Assembly: GCA_047495785.1 (NCBI GenBank)
Contig: JBLDXI010000046.1
Span: forward strand, 1,488,001-1,552,000
Direction: 5' to 3'
Source of the DNA: Lepidodermella squamata
Lineage: Eukaryota; Animalia; Gastrotricha
DNA: 64,000 nucleotides
Shown here: one piece after another, positions 49,677 to 64,000 of the stretch
How positions within the stretch are numbered: position 1 is the stretch's first letter
How the letters are laid out: each line of letters begins with the position of its first letter
Notes under the pieces: model-generated
The model's database searches: none
Told to the model about the DNA's origin: nothing
Seen by the model: the letters and a program-made list of their open reading frames with translations, nothing else
Translations under genes and position numbers: made by a program

Positions 49677-51500
49677 AAATTTAAGCGTCCAAGCACTACA
49701 TTTTTCAGATTCTTTGCGATTTCGGCATTTTCGATTTTTGATCGATACTGATGCCCTCCCTGAACCAAGGATTTTTTAATTTAGCTACTAGTGCCTTAAG
49801 CTACGTAGAAAAATCATCGATGTTGGGTTCCAAGACGGCTGATAACGGGAAATCACTGATTTGTAAAATCGATACTTGGAATCTATATCGGCTCTGTAAG
49901 ATGAAGTATAATTCCCAAACTGACCGCTCGTAGCGCGAATTACGCGTAATATGAAGGTCTATCGTATGGCATGCTAGCAAAAAAATTGAGATTCTAGCGA
50001 AGACAAGAAACTCGGAAAACCATATTTGGGGGAATTTAAGTGCTGGAGTCTCAAATTTGGTGCTGGATCCCTAAATTCAGGGTGCGCAGTAGACACCCAA
50101 TTTCAATGCATGGTTCTCGGATCATGTGGCAGCTTACCAATTCAGACCACAAATTAGTCCAATCAGCCAGCTATCAGCTTCAGATTTTGCCTCGTACTTT
50201 TTCCTTGAGGAAAATATTATTTCCTCAGAATATCATCCTGTACCTTCAAAAATTCACCATTATTCACAGAAAGGAAAAAAACCGATTTGGGAGGCTGGAT
50301 CAGTTTTACTTCAACAAATTAAGAGAAACACGACTGTCTGTCTGTATCGTCATTTTTGTCGCATTTTTCCATCAAATTATTACTATAACTGCTGTCTTAT
50401 TATATGAATCATAATATATAACGCCGCAGAAAAAACCTTAACGCATTGTATGCAAATTTGTATAGTTAAACTTGGAATAATAACGATATAACAGTGGCAT
50501 GTACACAAATAACGGCGGCATTAGCAGTAACAGACACGCGCGAAATAGATCAAGTGTTACAGACGCGAGAGATACATTAATATTTAATATCATCATTGTC
50601 AAATCCGAACAAGTAAACTATCATATAGCTCATATAATAACTGCAATAATAATAATATCAACATTGCTACGCCAGAAAAAAAGAGAAAAAACAGCCGTTT
50701 ATTTTAAATAATTACGACATTAACACATAGTTTTTCAACTAGTAGACCAAGAATTACAACAATAATGACATTTGTTTCAAATCCAACGGCCGTCAGATTC
50801 CGAAGCTGTGACTCATGCATTGAACGCGGAATCTCGACACGGAAAACAGAGAGAGGCCACAACCGTTACAACACCCTTAAATAACAAGTTCGTTTTTATA
50901 GCACGGCGGCTGAAAATGGTCATGATCATTTGTTCGTTCGTTCTTCTGCTTTTCACAAAAACACAATAAAACGCGAGGCTGTAACAATAAAAAAATTAGG
51001 CGGCGGCGGCGGAAGCGCGTCTGTTGTTTCGAGGCGGCGGCGGCGGCTATGATAACGTAGTAATAGATACGATGAGGAGGAGGTGCTGCTGCAGGCTAAT
51101 CATCATTCATCATCCAACACTAGTACATATGGAAGCATTCATCACACGCACACGCGCACACAAGTTATATTATTAGGTTAGAAGAGGGAGCGGAGCAATG
51201 GTTGATGGTTGGTGGAAAGCTATTTTTGTTGTTCGCATCGCTATTTACACCGAGCGGGTAAACAAGCGGAAGGAAGAGCGCGAGATAACGACGAGGCGGC
51301 TAAGAATTTGCATAGCAGTAATAGTCTATATTATTTGTATATAGTAAATCATCGACGCACCATTTAAAAACGTGTGTAAAAACGCGTTGAGCAGGTACAA
51401 AAAATTGTAATGATGACCAAAGCACAAAGAAAAAAAACCGCAATATTTTTTTTGAAAAATTCCTCCTTAATGAAAAAGAAATGCCGCGTCATGGCTGTTG

Positions 51501-55712
<4,212 letters not shown>

Positions 55713-55802
55713 TCATAAACTGAACCTATAATAGAAAAAGTAGACAATTAGGAGTTTATTTTCCGCTGTAAGCGATGAGCGTTCGTTGAGACTAGCAACA
55801 AA

Positions 55803-56300
55803 TTATCGAAACCAGAACGGCAAATCGGCTGACTTTTGGCCTTTGCTTTTCACGAAAGATGATTCATATTTTTCAATCTGATCGATTTGACTTTTCAAAC
55901 GCGCTTCGTCGGTTTGTTTTTCTTTAAATATATCTGGGAATTCGAATTTGACGGCATCAGCGAGTTGAACGTAAGCGACCTTGTAGTCATCTTCTGGCTC
56001 CAGCTCGTAACCTTTCGATGGGTGGTTTCGAGTTTTACCGCGATGAATCGCAGTGGAAACAGATAAAACAGGGACTTTATAAATCTTCTCCAGGTATTGC
56101 TTAATATCGAATTTACTCATTTGCTTGTGAACATGGAAGAACACGACGTTTGGTGGCATATCTTGAGCTGGTTTCACAAGCTTCATCCAAAACAACGGCA
56201 TAAATGACCGCACTTGAGGATCGCCTTTCCACCAGACAACACGATTGTCTACATACTGCTTCCATAATGGTAGAAAATCTCTGAAGGAAGGGCGACGCAT
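55803..56300 (-). CDS. MRPL23: Mitochondrial ribosomal protein L23
   Basis: GDPQVRSFMPLFWMKLV, MSKFDIKQYLEKIYKVPV, DYKVAYV, FEFPDIF, C-terminal PxWF. Confidence 0.9.
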   Translation of the reverse strand: MRRPSFRDFLPLWKQYVDNRVVWWKGDPQVRSFMPLFWMKLVKPAQDMPPNVVFFHVHKQMSKFDIKQYLEKIYKVPVLSVSTAIHRGKTRNHPSKGYELEPEDDYKVAYVQLADAVKFEFPDIFKEKQTDEARLKSQIDQIEKYESSFVKSKGQKSADLPFWFR

Positions 56301-57485
56301 GACAAATGTTCTGTGCTAGCACTTTTGGTTCACAGCGCCTCTAGAACGTCTATTGCAAAAAATGGGTAACAATAAACAAAAGGGCTAAGAGCAAAGGGTA
56401 ATCAAGCAGAGACAATCAATTCATTGGCGATGACATGGATGGCAAATTCATTACAGGGGCTAGCACAAGAATCGATATATAAGTAAGCAGTTGAGATAAT
56501 GGAACGAAGGATACCTAACAATTTTCGCATGTTTGATGATGAAAAAAGTGTTAAATTAGCAGCATTATGGGTAAGATAGCTCACAGTAACGGACAAAGGA
56601 CTACAAAGTGCAAACTGCGAACTTGGCAGCTGGTAGCACCATTTCAGTAGCACTTCACTCTGTTTCGTTTTGATCTTCTCAAAAATCCCGACGGGCATTT
56701 TGAGAACTATCTTTTATGTCACAATTTCCTTTTCACTAATAATACAAACAAAATACACAATTAAAATGTTTAAAATCTTAAATAACTATTTTACGTTTCA
56801 ATGAGAAATATTTTTTACAAACTTTAAAGCTTGGCGGTATAGTAGCGTGTTAGCGTCATCGCTTGTGGGGCGGTTTCATCGCGTCTCGAAGCTCGAAGCG
56901 CGCGTTGCGACGTAGCTTGCTGCTTGCTGCTGACTGCTGATAGACGGAACTCGAAGTGATGTCCGCTTGGGTGTCCAGTATTTTCCGCGAGCGCGAGATA
57001 GGAGGTAGACGGGAACTGGAACTCTGTGTTATTATCTGTTATCTGGCTCGGTCAGGTGTCCAAAAGTCTTTCACTCAAAGAACTGCGACCTCATTTTCTC
57101 TTTGCGCATATTATCAATATCAATTATCATTTAATCATGATATCAGCTGTAAATGGATCTTCTGGCCCCGACCAGAAAGTGCGCGACCTCGTTTAATATT
57201 GGCCTTATTTCGCCGTTACGAGGAAAATGTCAATGTTCACTGTGGCTTATTAGTACACTTACTTGATATTCCTCACGAGTACTAGGCTGTCGCTCTTATT
57301 AGAACTCTCTTTATTAAATTCTTCACCGTCAAAATCTGCTAAATAACTTGCGAGTGCTTCGAGATCTCTGTTTTTCACCGAATTGCCCATCGTCCTTTTT
57401 GAGACGATGAGTATTATGTTGAATTTATGAGAGCCACACACCGGTTTCTATTCATTTATTGGTTTATGTTTTTAGATTTTGCTAC

Positions 57486-59435
57486 ATGCGTCGAAATTCG
57501 CAACGCATATTATTTTTGTTGGCGGGGAGCACTTGCTTGTTCATTTTCTTCGCATTGTACAAGCAAGCGTTGTCTCCTGCTCCAATAAACATAGAAGCTG
57601 AAGCCATCAATTTAGGTAAATTCAATGCTTTTAGTTGTCGCGCTTCGTTACGCTATTCTTTATAGTGGGGATTTCGACGAATAAGCCTGCTGTAGACAAA
57701 TTGGACATTGATGAAAAGCCTGTTAGACGGTACGATGTCGACTTTTGGGAGGATGAACGGACCAATAAGCGTGACAACCCTCTGATCGACTGGCATGACT
57801 GGAAAGCAATTGAAGCTGATCTCAAGCGCAGTGGCCCGGGTGAACAGGGCACCGCCGTGGAATTGTCGCCAGGCGACGCTAAACAACGTGACGATTTATA
57901 CAAAGTCAACGGATTCAACGCTTTTTGTTCCGATAAAATCTCGCTTACTCGCGCTATTCGTGATATCAGACATGCCGATTGCCGGAAACAAAAATATCAT
58001 CAACGACTACCAAACGTTTCTATTATTATTCCCTTTCACAACGAACATTGGAGTACTCTGTTACGTTCTGTCTATACCTGCATTAACCGTGCGCCTAAGC
58101 ACTTGGTCCACGAGTTCATTCTCAGCGACGATTACAGCAACAAAGAATTTTTGAAGCAACCCCTCGAAGAATACGTTGCCAAACACTTCTCAAATGTGAA
58201 AGTCGTGCGTGCAACTAAGCGTGAAGGTCTTATCCGTACTCGTTTAAATGGTGCCAAAGTTGCAAAGGGCGAAGTCCTGGTTTTCTTCGACAGTCACGTT
58301 GAATGTAACATCAATTGGCTGCCCCCACTTCTCGATCCTATGGTCAATGATTACCGCACTGTTGTTTGCCCCTTTATCGACGTGATTGACTACGAAAATT
58401 TTGCTTATCGTGCTCAGGTTTGATATTATTTTCCGAGCTAAAATTCAGTTTAATGTTTGATTTTTATAGGATGAAGGTGCTAGAGGTGCTTTCGATTGGG
58501 AGTTTTTCTATAAGAGACTGCCACTTCTACCCGAGGACTTGAAGAGCCCGGCCAAGCCGTTCAAGTCGCCGGTAATGGCAGGTGGTCTGTTCGCGATTTC
58601 AACGAAATGGTTCTGGGAGTTGGGCGGTTACGACCCTGGTCTCGACATTTGGGGCGGCGAGCAGTACGAGTTGAGCTTCAAAATCTGGCAATGCCACGGG
58701 CAGATGGTCGACACGGCGTGCTCGCGAATCGGCCATATCTACCGAAAATTCGCGCCATTCCCGAACCCAGGTATCGGCGATTTCGTCGGCAAAAACTACC
58801 GCCGAGTCGCCGAGGTTTGGATGGACGAATACGCCGAGCATTTATACAAACGCCGGCCGCATTACCGCGACATCGCAACCGGCGATATTTCGGAGCAGAA
58901 AGCTGTTCGAGACAAGCTGAAATGCAAGAGTTTCGACTGGTTTATGAAAGAGGTCGCCTTCGACCTGCCGAAGTACTACCCGCCCGTCGAACCGCCACCG
59001 CTCGCCGAGGGTGAAATCCGGTCTGTTGCGGGTAGCAACCTGTGCATAGACACGCGTTTCAAGGGCGAGAAGGACACATTTGGCCTGTCCGAGTGTGGTA
59101 AAGGGGGCGAGCAGAAGTTGTCGCTTACGTGGCACAGGGACATCAGGCCGAGTTCCCGCATTGTTTGCTGGGACGTGTCGACCAGTGTCATGAAGGCGCC
59201 GGTTGTGCTGTGGAACTGCCACGGCATGCGCGGCAATCAGTGGTGGAAGTATAAGGCTGCTGAGCAGCAGTTGTTCCACCCGGTATCGGGGCAGTGCCTC
59301 GACGCGGACATTTCGTCGCTCGAGGTGTTCATGAACCCGTGTGATAAGAACTCGCAGACGCAAAAATGGACGTGGACGACGTTCAACCGCACCGCTGTTG
59401 AAGCTGCTTTCGCCGAAACTGCTGATGATCACTAG
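57486..59435 (+). CDS. Polypeptide N-acetylgalactosaminyltransferase, GALNT10/pgant6-like (exons 57486-57615, 57666-58417, 58470-59435)
   Basis: Type [22 protein letters not shown] motif, [31 protein letters not shown], and a ricin-type lectin domain. Confidence 0.96.
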
Positions 59436-60203
59436 ATGCTTGTTTTATAGTAAAAAAATATCTTAATCATTCTGTGATACAAAGACGCGAGGGGCCTTAA
59501 TATAAGGTGGAAACTGCCTTTGATGGAAATTTTGGTGGGTGGAGATAGCAGTGGTTTTACTGTCATGATTCTCGTTGGAAAAAATATAGATGCTAAAATC
59601 GCTCAGTCATTACCGTCGCAACCCGGGAACGTTCTTTAGTTCTGCTATATGCAAAAACCAAATAATACTTGAATTTTCCGATGTTTTTGTTATATCCTAC
59701 TATCCTATCTTTTTTTTCGGCTAAACTACTGATTAATAATTTATTACGTATTGTGGATATTTCTTGCCGTTGGAACGTTTCGAGCCCTAAATTGTGATCT
59801 TGCAAGTGGCAATTATTGTTCAGAGTTGTGCTTTGGAGTAAATAAAAATAAATCCTTCTTAAAAAATTATCATTCCAATTATACCTAGTGGTGGCTTGTC
59901 TCATTTTCGCTCCATGAATGAATATTGTAAATGTGCACGTCATGTCTTCGTCTTTTACTGCGTCAATTTTTGTGCGGGCCTTAAAAAAATGGAATAAAAT
60001 AAAAAACGATTTTTCTAGAAAGAAGCAGTCTTCTCGGGTTTATTGTTTCCTCCAATGCAGTCGACGAACAACAAAGTAGCAAAAAATGACAGTAATGATA
60101 ATACAGATGCATCCCGAACGAATAGGGAGTCCAGTATAATTATTAGGTATCCTTGTGAAGCACAAATTCATCAGTTTTTATTAAGCTGGATTATTTTTCG
60201 TAA

Positions 60204-63200
60204 TCACACGTAGAGTGTGGTTTGAGAAGACGAGCGGAAAACTTTGATGCAATGATTCCCGGAATCGGCGACGACGAGGCGCATTTTCGCCGAGTCGATC
60301 GCCAGGCCTTGCGGGCCGAACAGCGGCGGCGCGCCGTAGCAGTGCACCACACTGCGATAGGCGCCACCTGCGTTGAACACTTGAACGCGAGAGTTGCCCC
60401 AATCAGCCGCGTACACCGTCCCGCCGTCCGCGCTGTCGATCGCTAAACCAGTCGCGGCGTTGAAATGGCCCGGCCCGTCGCCAATTCCGGCGCCGATGAC
60501 GGACTGTAGATGGCCGTCGAGGTCGAAAACCTTGATGGCGTGGTTGTGGAAATCGGTGACGGCGACGCGGGGTCGCGACCCGGTACCAGCGCTGGAACCG
60601 TCCGACGCCGTGCAGAAGCGGTTGTCGAGGACGGCGGCGAAGTGCGGCCCGGCGAGTTGGTGCGGCTGTGAGCCTCTCGAGCCGAATTTGTTGACGAATT
60701 TGTGAGATTTAACGTCGAAAATTGCGACCTCGGACGCGCGGTTGTCGACGACGACGAGCAGGCTCGTGCCTGGCACGAGGCAGATGCCTTTCGGGCCGAG
60801 CAAGCGGCCGACGCCTAGCCGCCCTAGGTGACGCCCGTCGTCGTTGAAAACGTGGACGCAGCGGTTTTCGTAGTCGGCGACGTATAGCCGATCATCTTCC
60901 GAGGCCGCCAGACCGGTTGGCCGCGCCATCTGACCAGGACTGCGGCCAGCTTGGCCAAAGCGGAAACGAAATTCGCCAGTCGAAGAAAATACCTGAAAAA
61001 TATTTATAAATTAATAATTACCTCAAAGTTGGAAGATTGAAGACGTAAATTTGAGATTCCACCTTGAAATTACCGGAAATATGATTTTCTTAGCATCTCA
61101 CAGTCCTTGAGTTCAAGATTAAAGATTTCCGAGCTTTAGAAAGCGAAGTCCAATATCTGACGGCTCCAACAAGCTAAATGAAGGTCAGTTTGGTCTTTTT
61201 GAGACAAAAATATTCCAAATCGGATGTAATAATCAAGCAGGGCCAATTCAGGCAATAAATCATGGCACAATCATGGGACCAAATATTCCAGCACTAAAAA
61301 TCCCGCGTCTTGGAACCCAATTTTCTTTATTTTTTTTTTCTAATTCTGACCTTCATTTTTCGTTCGATATTGGTGCCCCCATGACCTTGGAATTTTTCAT
61401 TTCAGCTAAATTGCACCCTCAGCTACGTAGAAATGTTCAATGTCGTCCTCTAAGACATTCAATATCGGAAAAATCACAGATTTTGAAATCGATATCGGCA
61501 TAAAACCAAATTTGGGAAAATCTGGGATTGGCACCTTATCTTTAATGCCGGAACCCTGAATATCTTTGGTATAGGTTTCTTAGGATTTTGCGTATATTTT
61601 AAAAGTTTCTTTCGAAGGTGTCCCTTATTTTACTACTCACCTGAATGCATTGATTGCCACTGTCACTAACAACAAGCCGGCCGTCTTTCGTAACCGTCAC
61701 ATCCTGAATGTTCGAGAACTCGCCCTTGCCTCGGCCTTTCCGCCCGAACTGGAACAGAAAGTCGTCCAACTGGTGCGGATGCGCGAACGCCGTCGTCGGA
61801 CCAGCTCTGTCAGAATCGCCGGCTAGCGACGCAATTTCACTCGCGTTATTGCTACCACTCGTCAGCATCACAACCCGCTTGCAAAAATTGCGCAACTGCT
61901 CCAACTCAGCCGTTTTACTGCTGCTCGAATTCGGCGAAACCTCACTGCCGTTATTCGACTGATGGCTCGGGCAATCGGCCGCGTGCTGGTGGTGATGGTG
62001 CCCATTTACGATTTGCGCGCCGAATTTAGGCGCACACGTCGATTTCGAGCGCGTCCTCGCCGGCGTCACGTTCGGCTGCAGTTTATTCCGCAACAACGAC
62101 GAATTAACCAGCGGCTTATGGTTATTCACCCTGGTACTAGCCGCCGATCGTATCGACGAGGCAATGCTAGGCCTGGGGGTCGCGTTCTCCGACGTCTTCT
62201 TCGTGTCATCCGTAGCGACTGACGACGCTCTTGAGCTGTTTGAATTCGTTTTCAGCAACGGCGCCTTCTTCGGCGTCAGGTAGCGGGACGGGACGTTTGA
62301 GTGGTTCGGGGCTAGGACAGGTTTCGGCTCAGTCGCGTAGCACCTGACGACGAACGGGCTCGACGAGACAGGCATGCCGAACAGGGTGATCTCCATTTCA
62401 TATATGCCCTCCCTCGGGATGGTGTAAGTCAGTAGGAACGACGCGCCCGATACGCGTTTCAGGTCGCATGTCCCAACTTTATCGACAGCATCGCGAATCG
62501 AGGCTGATAGCGCCCGGTCGTGATTGGCTGGCAGCGCCGCCTCGCGGCCGTGTTCGTCGACTGCGGTTAACATAGCGACCTGGGGCACATTTGCCACGCA
62601 TGACGACCAGGCTTTCAGCCGTTCTGTCGCTGGCATGGCGTTGGCTGAGCTGGCGAGTTTGACGTGCACGTCGCTGGGCAGCGCGGCGCCGGGTGCGGCG
62701 TTCATCGACTGGCTGGTTCGCAGCAGGTAGTCGCTGCTCGAGGCCGACGCGCCGCCTGATGTCACGCTTTTCGTGTCGTCACCGTCCAGCGGTGATAGCA
62801 AGTTGTTGGCGAGGGGCATATCGCTTCCGTTGGAAATTATTGCACCAAAATTCTGAAAAAAGTGAAACAAAAAATCATGAATTAGAATGAAACCACTTTG
62901 ATCCCTTGAATCAAAATACAAAAAATATGTAATTAATTTTTTTTTAATTCTAGTTCCAAATCCAGGGTTCCAGGTTCCAGAGCTAAGTTTGAAGCTCCAG
63001 CCCCAACTTGCCCCAAAATATGGATTCCGAGAATTTAGATCTCCTCTAAATCTCAATTTTTAGCGAGTGAAGCTTCAGTTTTTGGTACCAAGTATCGATT
63101 TTAGAAATCAGTGATTTTTTCGATATCAGAAAGCCAAAATTGAAAATTTCCTAAATTTAGCGCTGGAACCTTGAATCTTAATTTTCGTCTTGTAAATATT

Positions 63201-63785
63201 TGAACCCTAAAGCCCATTTTCGAAAAATTGGCTAAAAACAGTCTTTCGAGTTCAGAAGAGTGAAGTGAAAATTGAATTGACTAGTAAGAGCTTTAATTTG
63301 GCTGAATTTCATCATTCATCATTCATCCTAATTTTTTTATATCTCTAATTATCTAGCAGAGCTCAAGACGAAAACTCACATCTATAGATCTGAGAAGTTT
63401 TTCGGAAGCACAATCGACAAAGCTGAACAGCAGTTGAGTTTCCTCGAGTTGAACCGTGTTCAATGGGAATGGCTGAAGTACGACCTCGGTTTGTTGTTCG
63501 AGTTGCTTGCGAACAACGAGCAAATCGAGGTTACCCGCAGGCGGCGTTGTTTGCTCTGAATCCGCGTCCAAATCGCCGCACTGTTCAAGCAGGCGGTGTA
63601 GAAAATCAGCAGATTCCTTAGCCGAACCGATACAGCTAGCAACGGCCTGGCGATTCGTATCGATAACGGCCTGTTTCTGCTGGCAAACCGTCCGCAATTG
63701 AGCTACAAGTTCGGCCCGCCTCGCGTTTAACCTCTCGAGAGCTTTGTCAAAACTCCGGTTGATTAACGACAACGAATCTTCAACT
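60204..63785 (-). CDS. TRIM2/TRIM3-like coiled-coil/filamin/NHL protein, 5'-incomplete (exons 63785-63380, 62852-61641, 60992-60204)
   Basis: Coiled-coil exon, filamin-like LTYTIPREGIYEMEITLFG..SSPF, and NHL repeats (GRKGRGKGEF, DSGNQCIQVF, LAGPHF, ADWGNSRVQVF, LFGPQGLA). Confidence 0.9.
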
Positions 63786-64000
63786 CTATATAATAAACAA
63801 GGCAAAAATTCGTGTTAATTATTCGCATCACGCCTATTAGTATGATGTTGTAATAATAAGAAGATAATTATTGTTGTATATTCCTAAGCTCACCGCGTGT
63901 ATTTTTTTACAGACTGAGTGAGAGGAAAAAACCGCTCACAGCTGGAATGACAAGCCGCTAATGGTTTTTTTACTTGCCTCATAATCATAAAATACTGGCT

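Noticed and set aside
50998-51090. GGC/GAG microrepeats
   Set aside because: Simple low-complexity sequence, probably in the MAP4K 3' UTR.
56402-56698. 98-aa ORF upstream of MRPL23
   Set aside because: No recognisable homology; may be UTR or intron.
58599-59432. Overlapping antisense and alternate-frame ORFs in GALNT (likewise in MAP4K and TRIM)
   Set aside because: Explained by the high GC3 codon bias of the real genes.

Overview
Gene-dense animal (invertebrate) nuclear DNA with mostly 50-70 bp introns; the species cannot be identified from sequence alone. Conserved genes flank the window: the 3' part of RPB2 on the left, and CYP4-clan P450, an ankyrin protein, MAP4K/misshapen, MRPL23, a GALNT10-like transferase and a TRIM2/3-like NHL gene on the right. 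Between them (about 5-45 kb) lies a dynamic accessory region. It holds an intronless GABA-B-like class C GPCR, three galaxin-like Cys-rich secreted genes, a PPPDE/LRAT-type peptidase, an orphan secreted Cys-rich gene, a 10-exon kinase-(SAM-like)-ankyrin gene and a fungal-type TPR-SET gene. A ~6-8 kb block is duplicated with reciprocal gene loss, and its two copies are separated by a nest of DNA transposons that includes a 5.5 kb piggyBac with a decayed, intron-containing transposase. The most unusual structure is in the ~3 kb last introns of RPB2 and of the TPR-SET gene. Each is a mosaic of unrelated gene and transposase fragments (CHD helicase + hAT + FLYWCH-like; NEK-like kinase + piggyBac CRD), all antisense to the host and each with one fragment tandemly amplified. 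Two very short same-strand intergenic gaps suggest operon-like, trans-spliced transcription. All gene models were spliced by hand and all family calls rest on motif recognition, not database searches.
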